Shown here: piece after piece, positions 1-12,500 of the stretch
Numbering within the stretch: position 1 is the stretch's first letter
Layout: every line of letters starts with the position of its first letter
Source: Paraspadella gotoi
Taxonomy: Eukaryota; Animalia; Chaetognatha
Assembly (NCBI GenBank): GCA_051294375.1
Contig: CM119263.1
Coordinates: 13,904,414 to 13,968,413, forward strand
Direction of reading: 5' to 3'
Length of the DNA: 64,000 bases
Notes under the pieces: generated by a model
Told to the model about the DNA's origin: nothing
The model's database searches: none
Seen by the model: only the letters and a program-made list of their open reading frames with translations
Program-made: the position numbers and the translations under genes

Positions 1-99
1 AAAAAAAAAATTAGGATTGAACTCGTAAAATTAGGCATCGCATTCGTGCATGTTATCATTTTGCTATTGTAACATCAGGTTTTTATTCCGTTTTTTTTT

Positions 100-531
100 C
101 TTAGGGACTGCGTCTGGTGATCAGTTAATTTTTTGACAATGAAAAAGTTTTTTTGTTTTTTTGTTTTTTTTTTCAGAAACTGTAACTTTTCTTCCGTACT
201 TAATTTTTTTATTTATTGACAATCGCAAAATAGAATTTTTTTTTCTGTTTATAAATTAATTTTCTTTTCTTAAATTTTTTTTCTCAAGGGCTGCGTCTGC
301 TGATCAGTTTCTTTGACAATGACAAATTTTTTTTTTTTAGAAATTTAACTTTAATTTTCCTCAGTACTTTATTATTTTTTTAATTGACAATCGCAAAATA
401 TAATTTTTCTTTGTTTATAATTTAATTTTCTTTTCTCGAATTTTATTTTTTTTAGAATCAAAATTTGTCGTCAATCCAGATTTTTCTTATGCGATTGCGA
501 AGATCCTTATGCTTTTAAGATTTTTTTTTTT
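100..531 (+). mobile_element. 3' portion of a Helentron-associated non-autonomous element (family A), with an internal ~185-bp tandem duplication
   Basis: 481-531 nearly matches the 3' end of the 5225-6150 element (gcgattgcga-gat-ccttatgcttttaag-T run). The block ggg(a/g)ctgcgtctg-tgatcagtt...tgacaatcgcaaaat occurs near 104 and again near 288. Confidence 0.55.
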
Positions 532-533
532 AG

Positions 534-3500
534 AGAATCGAACGAGTATCGCGAAGGTAGATAATATCGAAAGGAGACGCAACGAGGATCAGGCTGTGAT
601 CAACGGAGTTTCCGTCATTTTAGCGCTGTTAGAATTTAAGAAGCCATCGCAAGATAACTCGGAGCAGGTTGTTTATTATTTGGTGAAAACTTTCAGAAAC
701 TTTCCGATTACTGCTTCTATTATATATAAAAAAAATTATTTTTGACTCCTTTTATGGAAGAAATGGTGTTCTTTTTAAAAAAATATTCAACTTATGCTAT
801 TTATTAATTTTAGTTGACGCAACTCGACGCGGAGAGACTTGCTCATGGAGTAAGCAATGTCCTGTTGGCGCTTCAGCCCCGGCTAAAAGATATTCAGGAT
901 CTTCTTCGACTAGAACCACCCCCTTCTTCTCCAGCTGGACTGGACCTCATTCAAGCGGAGACAGGTGAATCATAAACAATGTCACAAATCAATCCAAAAA
1001 AAATCATATGGTAAAAAAAAAATGGAGGGTTTTCAATTGATATTTCTAAAACTATTCTTTTAAATGGTATGGTGGTCTTTCGCTTGCTGCGTTTCCACAG
1101 TAGCAGTCGTCGCATTTGGTATATTTTTTCCCGAATTGCTTTCCTCCGCTAACCTGGGTTTAAACGTAAAATTATGGATTTAGGCAATATCTGATGATTT
1201 TGTGATTATTACCTCCATGCTTTCCGTTATGTATCGCTTTGGTATTCTTTGATCTAACTGAATAGCGGGCTCAACTTTTTTGACTACGTGATCGCACTTT
1301 TGCTGCAAGTGAAAGCAAATGCATCAGTGAGAATACAAATTTAATCCATTACTCGGTCAATAATCAAGGAATGATCCAACAAATTCTGGACTACAGTATC
1401 CTTTTTGTAATTATTTCAGTTATCGGAATTTGGAATTTTTTTCTCACCTGACAACACGGCTGCACCTCGCCCGCATGCGTAATCTCTATGAGCTGAGGAT
1501 GATCTTTATATTTCGAGTTATATTCTGTCTTGTATGCTATGCAGGGAAGTTGAATGACACTTTTGCGATCGGGTTCGTGTGGCCATAGTTCATCAGGATT
1601 ATAATGACGACGTTCTTTAAATGGAGCTGGATCCTGGTTAAGAAATGTCAGCAGTGGGTATTTTCGACTTCAGATGTTTTTTTAAGCGCTCACCTTCATG
1701 ACTTTTTCCTTGTCAGGTCCATATATAGGTAAGTTTTCAACCTTTGGCTTGTCAGCCGGAATGGCGTCCTCCTTAAAATCTTGAGGACGATAGCGCTGTC
1801 GTTCTTGCTGAGAATATCGCTTGTAGGCAAGACTGTAAACGGAATTGTACGGGTCGAGTAGTTTTGTGACACTCAAATCGTTGTTATGCTTTGAGAGACC
1901 ACTGAATGGAATGTCTCTATCTTCTTTGTGAAAAACACTTTTGTTCTCCTGAAGAAAAATGGTTTCGAAGATAAATTCTTTTGGAGAACTGGGCCTAAGT
2001 AATTAAATACAAATTTAAGTACGAAGAAAGAATTTGTCAATTTTATACCTTAAGGTTAGGCAAGGTGTCGAGATCCTTGAGATATTCATTGTAAGCGCTT
2101 TCCACTTTTGGAAAAGACTCTGGCATGTCCATGTATTTGTCTTTGTACTCGCTTTTTCGAGTCTGAGTGTTAAGTGGAACTCGACCGCTTAAAGCCTGAA
2201 GCTTCAAGTGTAGTGAATCAAGGTAGAGCATATCGCCAGCAGGACGAGCTTTGGGTCGCCTCTCGTTGTACAAGTCGGGATGGTAGTACTTTGTGTTGTG
2301 GGTAGAACCTAGGTGTGAGACATTATCACTTTAGTGAATTACTTAACCACTAAAGTTGTACAATTCATTTTTTCCCTTTTTTTTTCTTCTATTTCACTTT
2401 TCCTTCTTACTAGGACGATTTGTTTCTTACTTTCTCTACTATGAGTAATTTGAGCATTTTCTCTTTACTTTCTATAGAAATTTGCTCCTCTGTCTGTACC
2501 CACTAGTTCTTTAACAAAATAATAATTTTTTGCTTGTTTTTTTAGTCCTAATAAACCAGATAGCTCTACAAACAAAAAAGCTTTTTGTAAAAAAAAAAGC
2601 AATCAATTTTAGTTTCAGTTCATCCACTTGAGGTTTTAATTTTTTGTATTGTATTGGCGCAGCCACTGGTTTGATATTAATCTTAATTGATCATTAGGGT
2701 GAAGTGAAAGTTTGGAATCAAAATTTAGCAGTTATATCTTGAAAACTATCATATTAGTGAATACTAAGCTGTAATTATTTTTCTTTTTTTTTTTAATATA
2801 TTAGCCCAGTTAGCTTATTTTGTATATAGTACTACCCTTATATAAAGTCAAATTTTCAAAATGGTTTTTTTTAATTCTGAGAACAGATTCAGATTCCTCG
2901 TTAAAAGTTAATAAAAGAAAGTATAAATCTTTTTCAAAAATTATGTCATTAAGTAGGTTAAAATTACAAAAAACTATATTTTTAAGCTGGAAATTTAAAA
3001 TCGGCATCTTAAATATAGTTTTTTACATTTTTGATTAACTTAATGAAAGAATTTTTAAAAAAGAATTGTACTTTCTTATAATAACTTTTTGCAAGGAATC
3101 CAAATTCGATCTTAAAATTTAAAAATTTGTATTTTTAAATTTTAGCCTATTATATACTTATTACTATATATAAATATAGCTCACTGGTGCCCACTAATGT
3201 ATAAAATTAAAAAATAAATTATTATATAAAATAATATTTTTATTGGTTTTTATGTTCATGTTTTATATGCTAAATTTTATTTTTTTAAAATTTTATCATT
3301 TTCACATCACTCTATTGATCATTAGAATACCTGTCGTGGTTCTAAATTTGTAATCCGGGTCGTTTATTTTTTCCCATGGGTCTTTGAGATTCGGCGGCAA
3401 GGGGTCATGCATCGTGGAACAATTTTTGTACGGCCAGTTCCACTCGTGAGGAACAGAATTACAGACGCCGAGATTCTTAACAAGGTTGTCACTCCGCGTT

Positions 3501-6500
3501 AAATAATTTTTTTTTTTAAATTATTTTTAACACTACCTTTCTGTAGTCGGTAGTCCAAGTGTTTTCGTCCAAACACTTGTCTCGCGTAATGCACTGTCGA
3601 GTCGATTGCCCGGGTTCACATGTCCGACATTCTCCCACGTTACTTTTTTCGATCGGGGGTTCATAAATGACTCCCGTCGAAGGGACGCCGTGAAAATCCA
3701 CTGAGTTTATCATGCCTGTGTTCTCATGTGGCTGATGTTGAATTATTACTAATTATTATTTTCCCATTTCCAGGCTATCGAATAGATTTAGGGCGATTAT
3801 TTAAAACATCTTTATTTATTTCAGCGTGTAATCAACGGCCAGCGCGAGCCTTAGGTCAAGCGAGGTTGAGCATAGTGAAATTATTCAAATCTTTAATCGA
3901 CACCAACACTTACACTATCAACGCAACTATAGCGCAAATTAAAACGCAACTGGTTCTCATGGTAATTGAAAGCTTTTTTTCTTTTAAATTCTGTAAATAT
4001 TCGTCTTTTAATAAATCCTTTTATTTTTAGGACTTAGTGAGAGAACATCCGCATAATAACTTCCTACATACTCAAGTGGAACAGTGCATAACCTCGGTTT
4101 TGAACAATGGTCCAACGACAGAGAATGGCATGCAGTGCCACCCGTTGCTAGACCAAGTAAGGTTTAGGCAGGGATCGTAAAAGCAGTCAATGAGATAAGC
4201 GTCAAAAATGTTGGTTCACCGCAGCTTTTCGAGGAAGGCGCGATCTTCAAGTGGATTCTGAAATTGTGGGACGAAAACGAGGAGTGCGAACGGAGAGAAT
4301 CCCAAGAAGAGGGGGCCGATGCCAAAAAGGCTTCCAACGGACAAAGAAAAGGATTTATGGGCCATATAATCCGTCTCGCAAACCAAGTGAGCATCCGATT
4401 CTCCATGTCTTTCGAATTTTGTCTTTTCTTTATCTTATTTGATGGCCCTTTGAATGTATATGAACATTAGAACATACTTCAACATTCATTTGTTTTTTAA
4501 CCTAGATTGTTCAATCCATGGAGAAAGGAACTAACAAAGAGCGTATGGAGACAGCCTTTTTGTCTTTGGACGAAGAACTTCGGACGACATGGGCAGATTT
4601 TCTGTCATCTTCTCTGAATCCGACGATTAAAGATCAGAACGAGGAGCTTGGCGGCCACTTGGGTCAGTTGGCAAGCTCCTCCGAAGACGAGGATGCCGAC
4701 TTCCCCATCCCCTTCAACGAAGAGTCCGCATTGCAGCAGGTAAGGATCGACAACCTTTAAATTCTTCTCGCCTGAGCTCAGGCGAAGGGTCCTTTTTGGT
4801 CTAATTTCCTCAACTCCTTAATTTGATTTTTTAAATGCTTACTGAATGTTTGCTGAGATTTCTTAGTGTACAATCGCTAATTTCTATAGTACCTATCTTA
4901 AAGGACCGTACTTAAACTTGTAAGATAGTCTTTTGCATTAAAAAAAAATTAAGAGATATAGCGAAATTAAATATAAATGGTAATAATCTATGTATATTTT
5001 TTTCATATTTACATTTTGCACATTTTGTCTGACAAGTTTGATTTTTTGGTCCTACATAGCCCCCGTTTGCCATGTCGTGGTAAAACTTGATAATACTTCT
5101 CTGGGTTTTGTTTCCTAGGCTTTTTACGATTATCAAATGCAGCAGTTGACTTCTACATTCATTGACCAGTTTGGATTTACAGCCGATAAGTTCTCGGGCG
5201 ACGATGAAAAGCCAGAGTGAGTTCATTTTTATCGTCGCAATCGCTTAGCGTTTGCGACGATATTGTAACACTTTTGCGCATAAGTGGCGTCGTTGTCAGC
5301 ATTCCAAATTATAGATCGCCTTTTTTATGATTAAATTTGGGTGTATGAAGCTGAAAATTTATATAAAGCTTCTCATCATCGATGTGCTTAAAATTGAGTC
5401 TGGACAGTTATTAAATATGTTTTGTTTACGTTTTATCAAAACAAACAAATTTTCTCTTTTATTTTTATATTTCTTTCTCTCTCTCTTTTCTCTTTTAATT
5501 ATATGTCTCTCTCTCTCTTTCTTTTCTGATTCATAGAGAAAGGGGAAAAAAACGAGTCTGCAGCTGGCTCTGCAGGGGCTTATTCTTTTTCTTTCTTTTC
5601 TCCTGCTGCTTCTGCTGCTGCCTTTTGATTTTTTTTTTCTGGGTGCCTCTGCTGCTGCCGCTGCTGATTCGTCTGAAAACGATTTGGTTTTCTCTCTCTC
5701 TCTGATTAATTTTTTCCCTCTAAAAACTTTTATTATCGCCATTTATTCCCAAATTTACATCCGAGATTATCATAATTTTTTTTTCTAAATATTAATTAGA
5801 ATAATATTTTTTTAAATATATATATTTATTTTATTATTTTATTTTACTTCACTTTAGTCTTTACTTCACTTCATCAGTCTGATTCAAGTTTCACTTTGTC
5901 TTTTGTCTGGGAATGTTGACAGTGTTTAGAGAGGTCGCATTCGATCAAACTGCTTGCGTATGCGGGCTAAAAGTAAAACAAAAGTACCTTCAATAATGTT
6001 TCTCCAGACTTAGCACTTTCTAAAAATTAAACTCGAAAATAAGTTATTTTACTGTTTTATATTTTTTTTTTCTGTTTATAAATTAATTTTCTTTTCTCAA
6101 ATTTTTCTTATGCGATTGCGACGATCCTTATGCTTTTAAGATTTTTTTTTTAAATATGCCCGTCTTGGGTGAGATTTTGATTTACTTTTGCTTCTTAGAC
6201 TTAGTGAGGTCGTCGTCGTTACACTTTTTTACAATTGAATATTATGAAAGTATATAATTGTAGAAAGCTAAAAATTTGATACAAGGATTTATTTGTTTTA
6301 TAAAACAATATCTCAATACTTTTATTTATTTAAATTAAAGAAATTGAAATTCAATTCATTTCATTCAATCAATCATTTGTTATCATCGCATCAACCAATA
6401 ATTTGTTATCATCGCATCAATCAAAATTTCTTTATCATCGCATCAATCTTTTTTTTTTTCGTATAAATATTGAGCGATGGATCATTGTACTTTAAGATTT

Positions 6501-9500
6501 TTTTATCAATTTTCTTTGAAAGTAACGTTTGTCGAGATCACTATATTTTAATTTTTTTTAACTTCACCTCTCGACTGGTCATTTACCTATTTACCTATTT
6601 GCCTATTAATTTTTTTATTGCGATGACGGCCGGAAAATTTTTCTAAAAATTTCATATACAATTATACATAGTGTCATTTGCAAATGAATACAGTGAATCA
6701 GTACAGTTATAAAAAATGTATTTACTGTACTCGTTGGAACCAGAAGTTCTTAGTCTATATTTTTAAAATCTAACGATTATATCACAGGTTATCAGCACTC
6801 AAAGTAAATGTCGGGAATAATTTTTTTATTAATTTGGAAATATTAAAATCTTTCAAAATACCCAAAGGATTTTTTTTTCAGCTTCTTGGTTACATAATAT
6901 TATGTCACCACGGTATAATGACGGTCACAGGCCTTTCACCATAGTCCTTCCGGTTTTAAGAGTATTTGATGGGTTTTAATATAATAATTGTTACGGATAT
7001 GCAACTGGTTTGACAAAGGCAATTACACTGGCAATGCTTATAAGCTGCAGTCTGCTGGTAAATAGTTTTAGTAGTAAAATGTACTATATGCATCTAACAT
7101 TATATGCTGAATCATAGCATACTAAATTAGTAGCATTTCAGTTTCCTGAAGGTAAACTTAATGAGCGTCCATGAAAGCAAATTTTCTTCACAATCATTTT
7201 TTGCATCTTCTCTTCTGAAATCATTATCATCATCATCAATTATTCCTAATCTACAAAAATCCAAGGCGAGGGCTCAATAAACATAGTGGCCTACTGTGAT
7301 GTAACATGAACATTTTTTTTTCACCAAAATTTAATATCACCTAAATTTTTTGATCAATTGTCAAACCAAAAATACCCCTCATTTGAACTTTGCATTGTGT
7401 CAACAAAAATACAGATAAATATGATAATGGAGATACCAAAAAAAATTATTAACTCATCCTTCTGGTAGTTCTTTCAAGTTAATCATTCACCTAACCTATT
7501 TTACAAAAGCGTACTGTCACTTTACAAATAAACGCTGAGTCACTGTGTAGGTTTTTTACGTTGGGCGATATTACAATATTCAACGATTATAAAATCAATT
7601 TAGAATTTTATTCTGAATGAAAACTATAAAAATTACACTATTACTGAAAAATTCAATTCTTTACATTTTACCAGCAGGATTATACTAAATGTTTTAGTAG
7701 TTTATTTCTTATTTTCTAGCGCGCCGTTCGAGAAACTGAACCGCGTTAACTTGGACATACAGAGTTCCAGTGTTGGAGCCAACGGAAGGGATGATGATGA
7801 AGATGACGAGGATGAAGAGCGACGGTCAGTTAATTGACTGTTTTCGTGTCTCATGTCAATTTTTTAGTCAGATCTGCTTATCGCAGATTCCGACTCTATA
7901 ATTCACTTTGTCTGTCCACCCCCTAAATCCTATCGGTCATTCACTTATTTCATGTCAGAACATCTAATTATGCTAAATTATGCAAAAAAAATGTTCGTCT
8001 GTCAGTCTGTCTGTCCGTCCGACCTTAGCATTAAACTCCAAATATTCGTGATTGGATGGATGGATTGGAATGAAATTTTGTGCGTGGTTAGGAAAGTGTG
8101 TAAAAATGAGTTTAAATGGAAAAAAGTCATTTTACTTGAATGCTTTTACTTATATTTTTTCTAATTATTAAAAATGAGATGAATTTAAATTTAATTTTGA
8201 ATGTGGTTTTATGATTAAGCAAGATATAAATTTTTGATGGAATCGTAGGAGTGGAAAAGATTTTAAATTAAAAAACCGAAAGTCACATTTACTTAAATTT
8301 TTTAAAAAATTATCTATCTCTCTGATTGATTGACTTATTTATTGATAAACTGATTGTTAACTTGATTAAATGATTGATTGATAATTTTCTCTCTATTTAT
8401 TCATGGTATAATCCTTTATTTCGTTGTTTTTGAGAGAATAACAAAGTTTTGAATTAATTTGTACAACAATTTTATTTTTGTATCTTCGCTGACATGTTTC
8501 GGCTCATAAATTCGAGCCTTCATCAGCGCTTTTTACAGTTGTAAATTTGAACAGATTTTGTGAGTTAAAGAAAGGGAGAGAGAGAGAGAGAGTGAAGAAG
8601 AAGTTCAAGGTTAAAGTTTCCAACAAAGAATTGAGAAAGGACAGTGGGTCAGTGGTGAGGACAGATTTTAGACAAGACCAGTTTGAATAAGTTGTGAAAA
8701 AGAAGTGAAAATTTGATGAGAGAGAGAGTGAGAGAGAGAGAGAGATAGAAATCTTTACTTATCTATCCCTCTAATCTAAAAATATCAAATTTCAATTTTC
8801 TTTTTCATCTTCAATTTCTTATAATTCAAATTAATTTATTTTCAAATTGTTATTAGACAGAACATTTCAAGTTTCCATTATCTTTATCCCTGTTGTACAT
8901 TGCCAAATGTAAATGTATATATTTCCTCTCTCTCTCTCTCTCCCCCCTTTCTATCTCTCTCTCTCACTCTCTCTCATCAAATTTTCACTTCTTTTTCACA
9001 ACTTATTCAAACTGGCCTTGTCTAAAATCTGTTCTCACCACTGACCACTGTCCTTTCTCAATTCTTTGTTGGAAACTTTAACCTTGAACTTCTTCTTCAC
9101 TCTCTCTCTCTCTCTCCCCCCCCCCTTTCTTTAACTCACAAAATCTGTTCAAATTTACAACTGTAAAAAGCGCTGATGAAGGCTCGAATTTATGAGCCGA
9201 AACATGTCTGCTAAGATACAAAAATAAAATCGTTGTACAAATTAATTCAAAACTTTGTTATTCTCTCTATTTATCTATTAATTTTCTTATCCCATTCATT
9301 GGATATCATTGTATCATTGATCGGTTATAATATCATTTATGACTAATTAGATCACATCATGATTGATTATTACTGTATTTACTATTATGGCTTCAATAAA
9401 TCGGTATCATAACATCGATAACTCCTTAGGTAACATCGCGTTAATAATTGGGAATTGACAATCTGGAAGTTACGATTAGGAAGTTATGATCTTGAATGAC

Positions 9501-12500
9501 ATTTTTTTTTTCATGAATTTATTTTAAAAATAATTTTGCTGGACAGATCACTATACTTAAAATTGTTGCCGTTTGATTGATTGATGACTGCTTGATGAAC
9601 TGATTGAAATATTTTTTTTATAGATTTATTTAAAAAATTATTTTGGTTTTATGTAATGCTCCGTTATGATGTGTGATGATCACAAATTAAAAGACTCATC
9701 ATGACTTAACATCTGCTTAGCTGATTACTGCTAAATTATCGTAGGCAGATCCGACATTGTTTGCTCAAACTTGTTAAAACAGAATGACAAACTTGTAAAT
9801 TTTTGCCAGCTTTGTTGATTAACTGCACGAAGCATACATCACCATTATAATTTATATTGTAATATTGCCCTGACGTTGAAGTTTAGATTCAAATAAAAAC
9901 GTTAATTTCAAATTTTTAACTTTTTTTAAATAAAAAACATCAGAATTTCATGACTTAAAATTGATGAATTTAAAGGCTGTTAATTCCAAACTTTTCTCCC
10001 TCTATACGAACAGAGACTCCGCCACTCTCTTCGAACAAATATGCAGCGATCGAGCGAATGTCGATGGTGATTCCGATGAGGAAGACGCCTGGGAGGGAAA
10101 AGAGGTCACCTTTGCCGCCTGCGTCAGCCAGAGAACCAGGTTTGCGAAATAAAGAAACTTATAATTTTCATGAATGGAATTGTTGACGATATTTGCTCAA
10201 TTTAAAAATCATGTTTGAAACAATGTTAGTTTATGCATCGTTTATTAATCGCATTTAGTGGAAAATCTGGTCCCTCGTCTATTGGAGATTCTATGAATAA
10301 TAACAAACAAAATGGAAGTAAACGGAAAAAGTTGGGTCCTCCGTTGGGTCACCAGAAGGTTATAGAGGGCTTAGATGAGGGTAAGTAATGTCCTGTTGGT
10401 ATTTTTGAGTTTGTTGCCCTTGTAAAAGTTTTGTTTGGTCTTTCATTGTTTTCATGTGAAATGTACATAGGGCCGATCGTTTAAAGGTATTGTTGTTTTT
10501 TTTTTGTTTGTGTTTTTTTTCAAACATTTTTTTTTCTTTTCCGCCGTAGTGGAAATTGGTGTTTCTGCCGACTCGTCCGACGAAGACGAAATGGATGACG
10601 ATTCAGAGGACGAACTTACGGATTCGCCTCAGGTTCACATTTGCCGTGCATTTGCTTGTGAAGTGGAGTGGTGATATCATTGTGGCCCACCTTCCTTTGG
10701 TTTCTCCCGAGTGATACCGTCGATGGATCAAAATAATCGATCCGCCTCATTCTCGATTCACTTCGTGACTCTTTTGCCTCGCAGGTTATTCGTCAAACAA
10801 AACCGGGAGATGCCGCCGAACCATCGGGCAAAGACGACGAGGAAGATGACGACGACGACGAAAGTAAGATTTGGGCACATTTCTAAACAAACTTTTAATT
10901 AGTACTTGTTTGGTGAATGGTGTGTCTGTTAACGCCAATCTAATTTATTTATTTACGTTCGAACCATTTATAGTGAGTTGGAGTTTAATCCGCAATGAAC
11001 GGCATGGGGGCAGTTTACGCATAGGTATCCACTTGAACGCGTGTCGTTTTGGCGGTTTGAAAATAGTTTTAAATTCTTACCTGTCTGAACATAGTTTCCA
11101 AAATCCTTAACTGCCTTAACCTGTCAGGTTTTGCCGTGAAAATAAAAATAACAATTTAACATTAAACGCCCTGTCGTTTTAGTTGGTAATCGCATTCTTA
11201 AATCAAGGATACAAATTGTATGCTATCACTTAAATGCTTTAGATATGTAATTAGTTAATTAGTACAAAAATATGGTATTCCATTCCCTTTATAGTGTGGG
11301 ACAAATTGAGCGCGGATCGTCTGAAGGCGAAAGGTCTTCCGAACGGAGATTCTCAAGTCATCGTCGAACCTCTGCCCGACTCGGAACCTTGGAAGGCAGA
11401 CTTCAGCTCCTTCGGTAGCGTGTTCGAAAATTTACGTAAATACGTAATCGATTTCCTTCTTTTTCATTATTCTTTCACTTTCAGAATCGGGGGCTGGGGT
11501 GAGCCAGACCGAGACTCCCTGGACGCCCAACTTTGAAGAGGCGTCATTCGAGACGACGACGACGACATTGGCGAAAGACACCGCCGTCGTATCCCCCGCC
11601 TCTAAGGTAATTCACGACGCGTCGGTTGCACCCGCCCCAACGTCTGCACCGAATAAAATTCCCATCGCCTTGGACTGAGATGTTTTTTTTTTTTTTTTGA
11701 GTGATTTCGTTTATTGTATTATGATAAAAGATTTTTGTATTTTAGATTTTTTGGACAAATTAAGTTAATACAATTTTATGAAAAATATATTTATTTCTCT
11801 TCTTTTATCGTCCGTTTTACACGTTCTTGTGCGACACAGTTAATCATTTGTCTCAAAAGTTTTCGTAGAGATCAGTCACCCAACGTTTTATTTAAATAAA
11901 TTAAAAAGATATATAGCTGATAGTAAAAATTTTATTACTTGATGTTGAATTATCAGTCGAACAAATATTTGTTACCAAAGTTAGGGAATGTAAAATGTTG
12001 CACCAAGTATTCTCAGACTAAGTTTAGCGATCTGTAATAAAACTAATTTCTTGTCCAAAAGTTTTGGAAAACCTAGGCCATTATTTATTAAATTTTTCGC
12101 AAGCATTTCTGTTTTTAACTGTCAATTGATTTAAATGGCTTCTTTTTTGAATTGATATTGTTGAATTACGTTAACGTTAAAACTCTGAAATGTGTTTCAT
12201 TTATAGAACTTTTTTTGTTCTGGCTTAAATGTGACGGATCCGGTCTAAACATGCCAGTGACAGGAGGCGGTCATGAGGATCCGCAGCCAGTTGGTGAGAT
12301 ACCTCGCGCCCCGGGTATCACAGGCATTTCTCCCATTGCCATAGTAGCTTGTATAACGTTTGGTTAGACTTTGTCAAATTTTTTTTTCTTTTTTACAGTT
12401 AAGCACTACAGTACAAATTGTTCCCTTTCCAAGTGCTAATTTTTCGGTAGATTTTTTTTTTAATTCAACTATTAATTGCAACTCTTAATAATTTTTTTTA

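Larger units (their letters stand above)
8401..9274. mobile_element. Non-autonomous Penelope-like retroelement derivative: two inverted ~320-bp pseudo-LTR-like arms (8432-8751, 8948-9267)
   Basis: The arms are near-perfect reverse complements and each ends in a hammerhead motif followed by AATAAA. Direct repeat ttctctctatttat at 8387-8400 and 9261-9274; ~31-nt extension 8401-8431 outside the left arm. Confidence 0.65.
7861..9775 (+). mobile_element. Helentron-associated interspersed element (HINE/DINE-1-like), family B, carrying a nested insertion
   Basis: 5' T run, subTIR gtcagatctgc (7867-7877) with IR gcagattccgac (7883-7894), GTCY microsatellite near 7997-8021, 3' subTIR gcagatccgac (9745-9755), hairpin gtttgctcaaac and terminal ttgtt (9759-9775). 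A second copy lies at 20672-21402. Confidence 0.68.

Noticed and set aside
1191-1200. Other CTGATGA occurrences as hammerheads or snoRNA boxes
   Set aside because: No stem II followed by GAAA, and no terminal stem or partner box.
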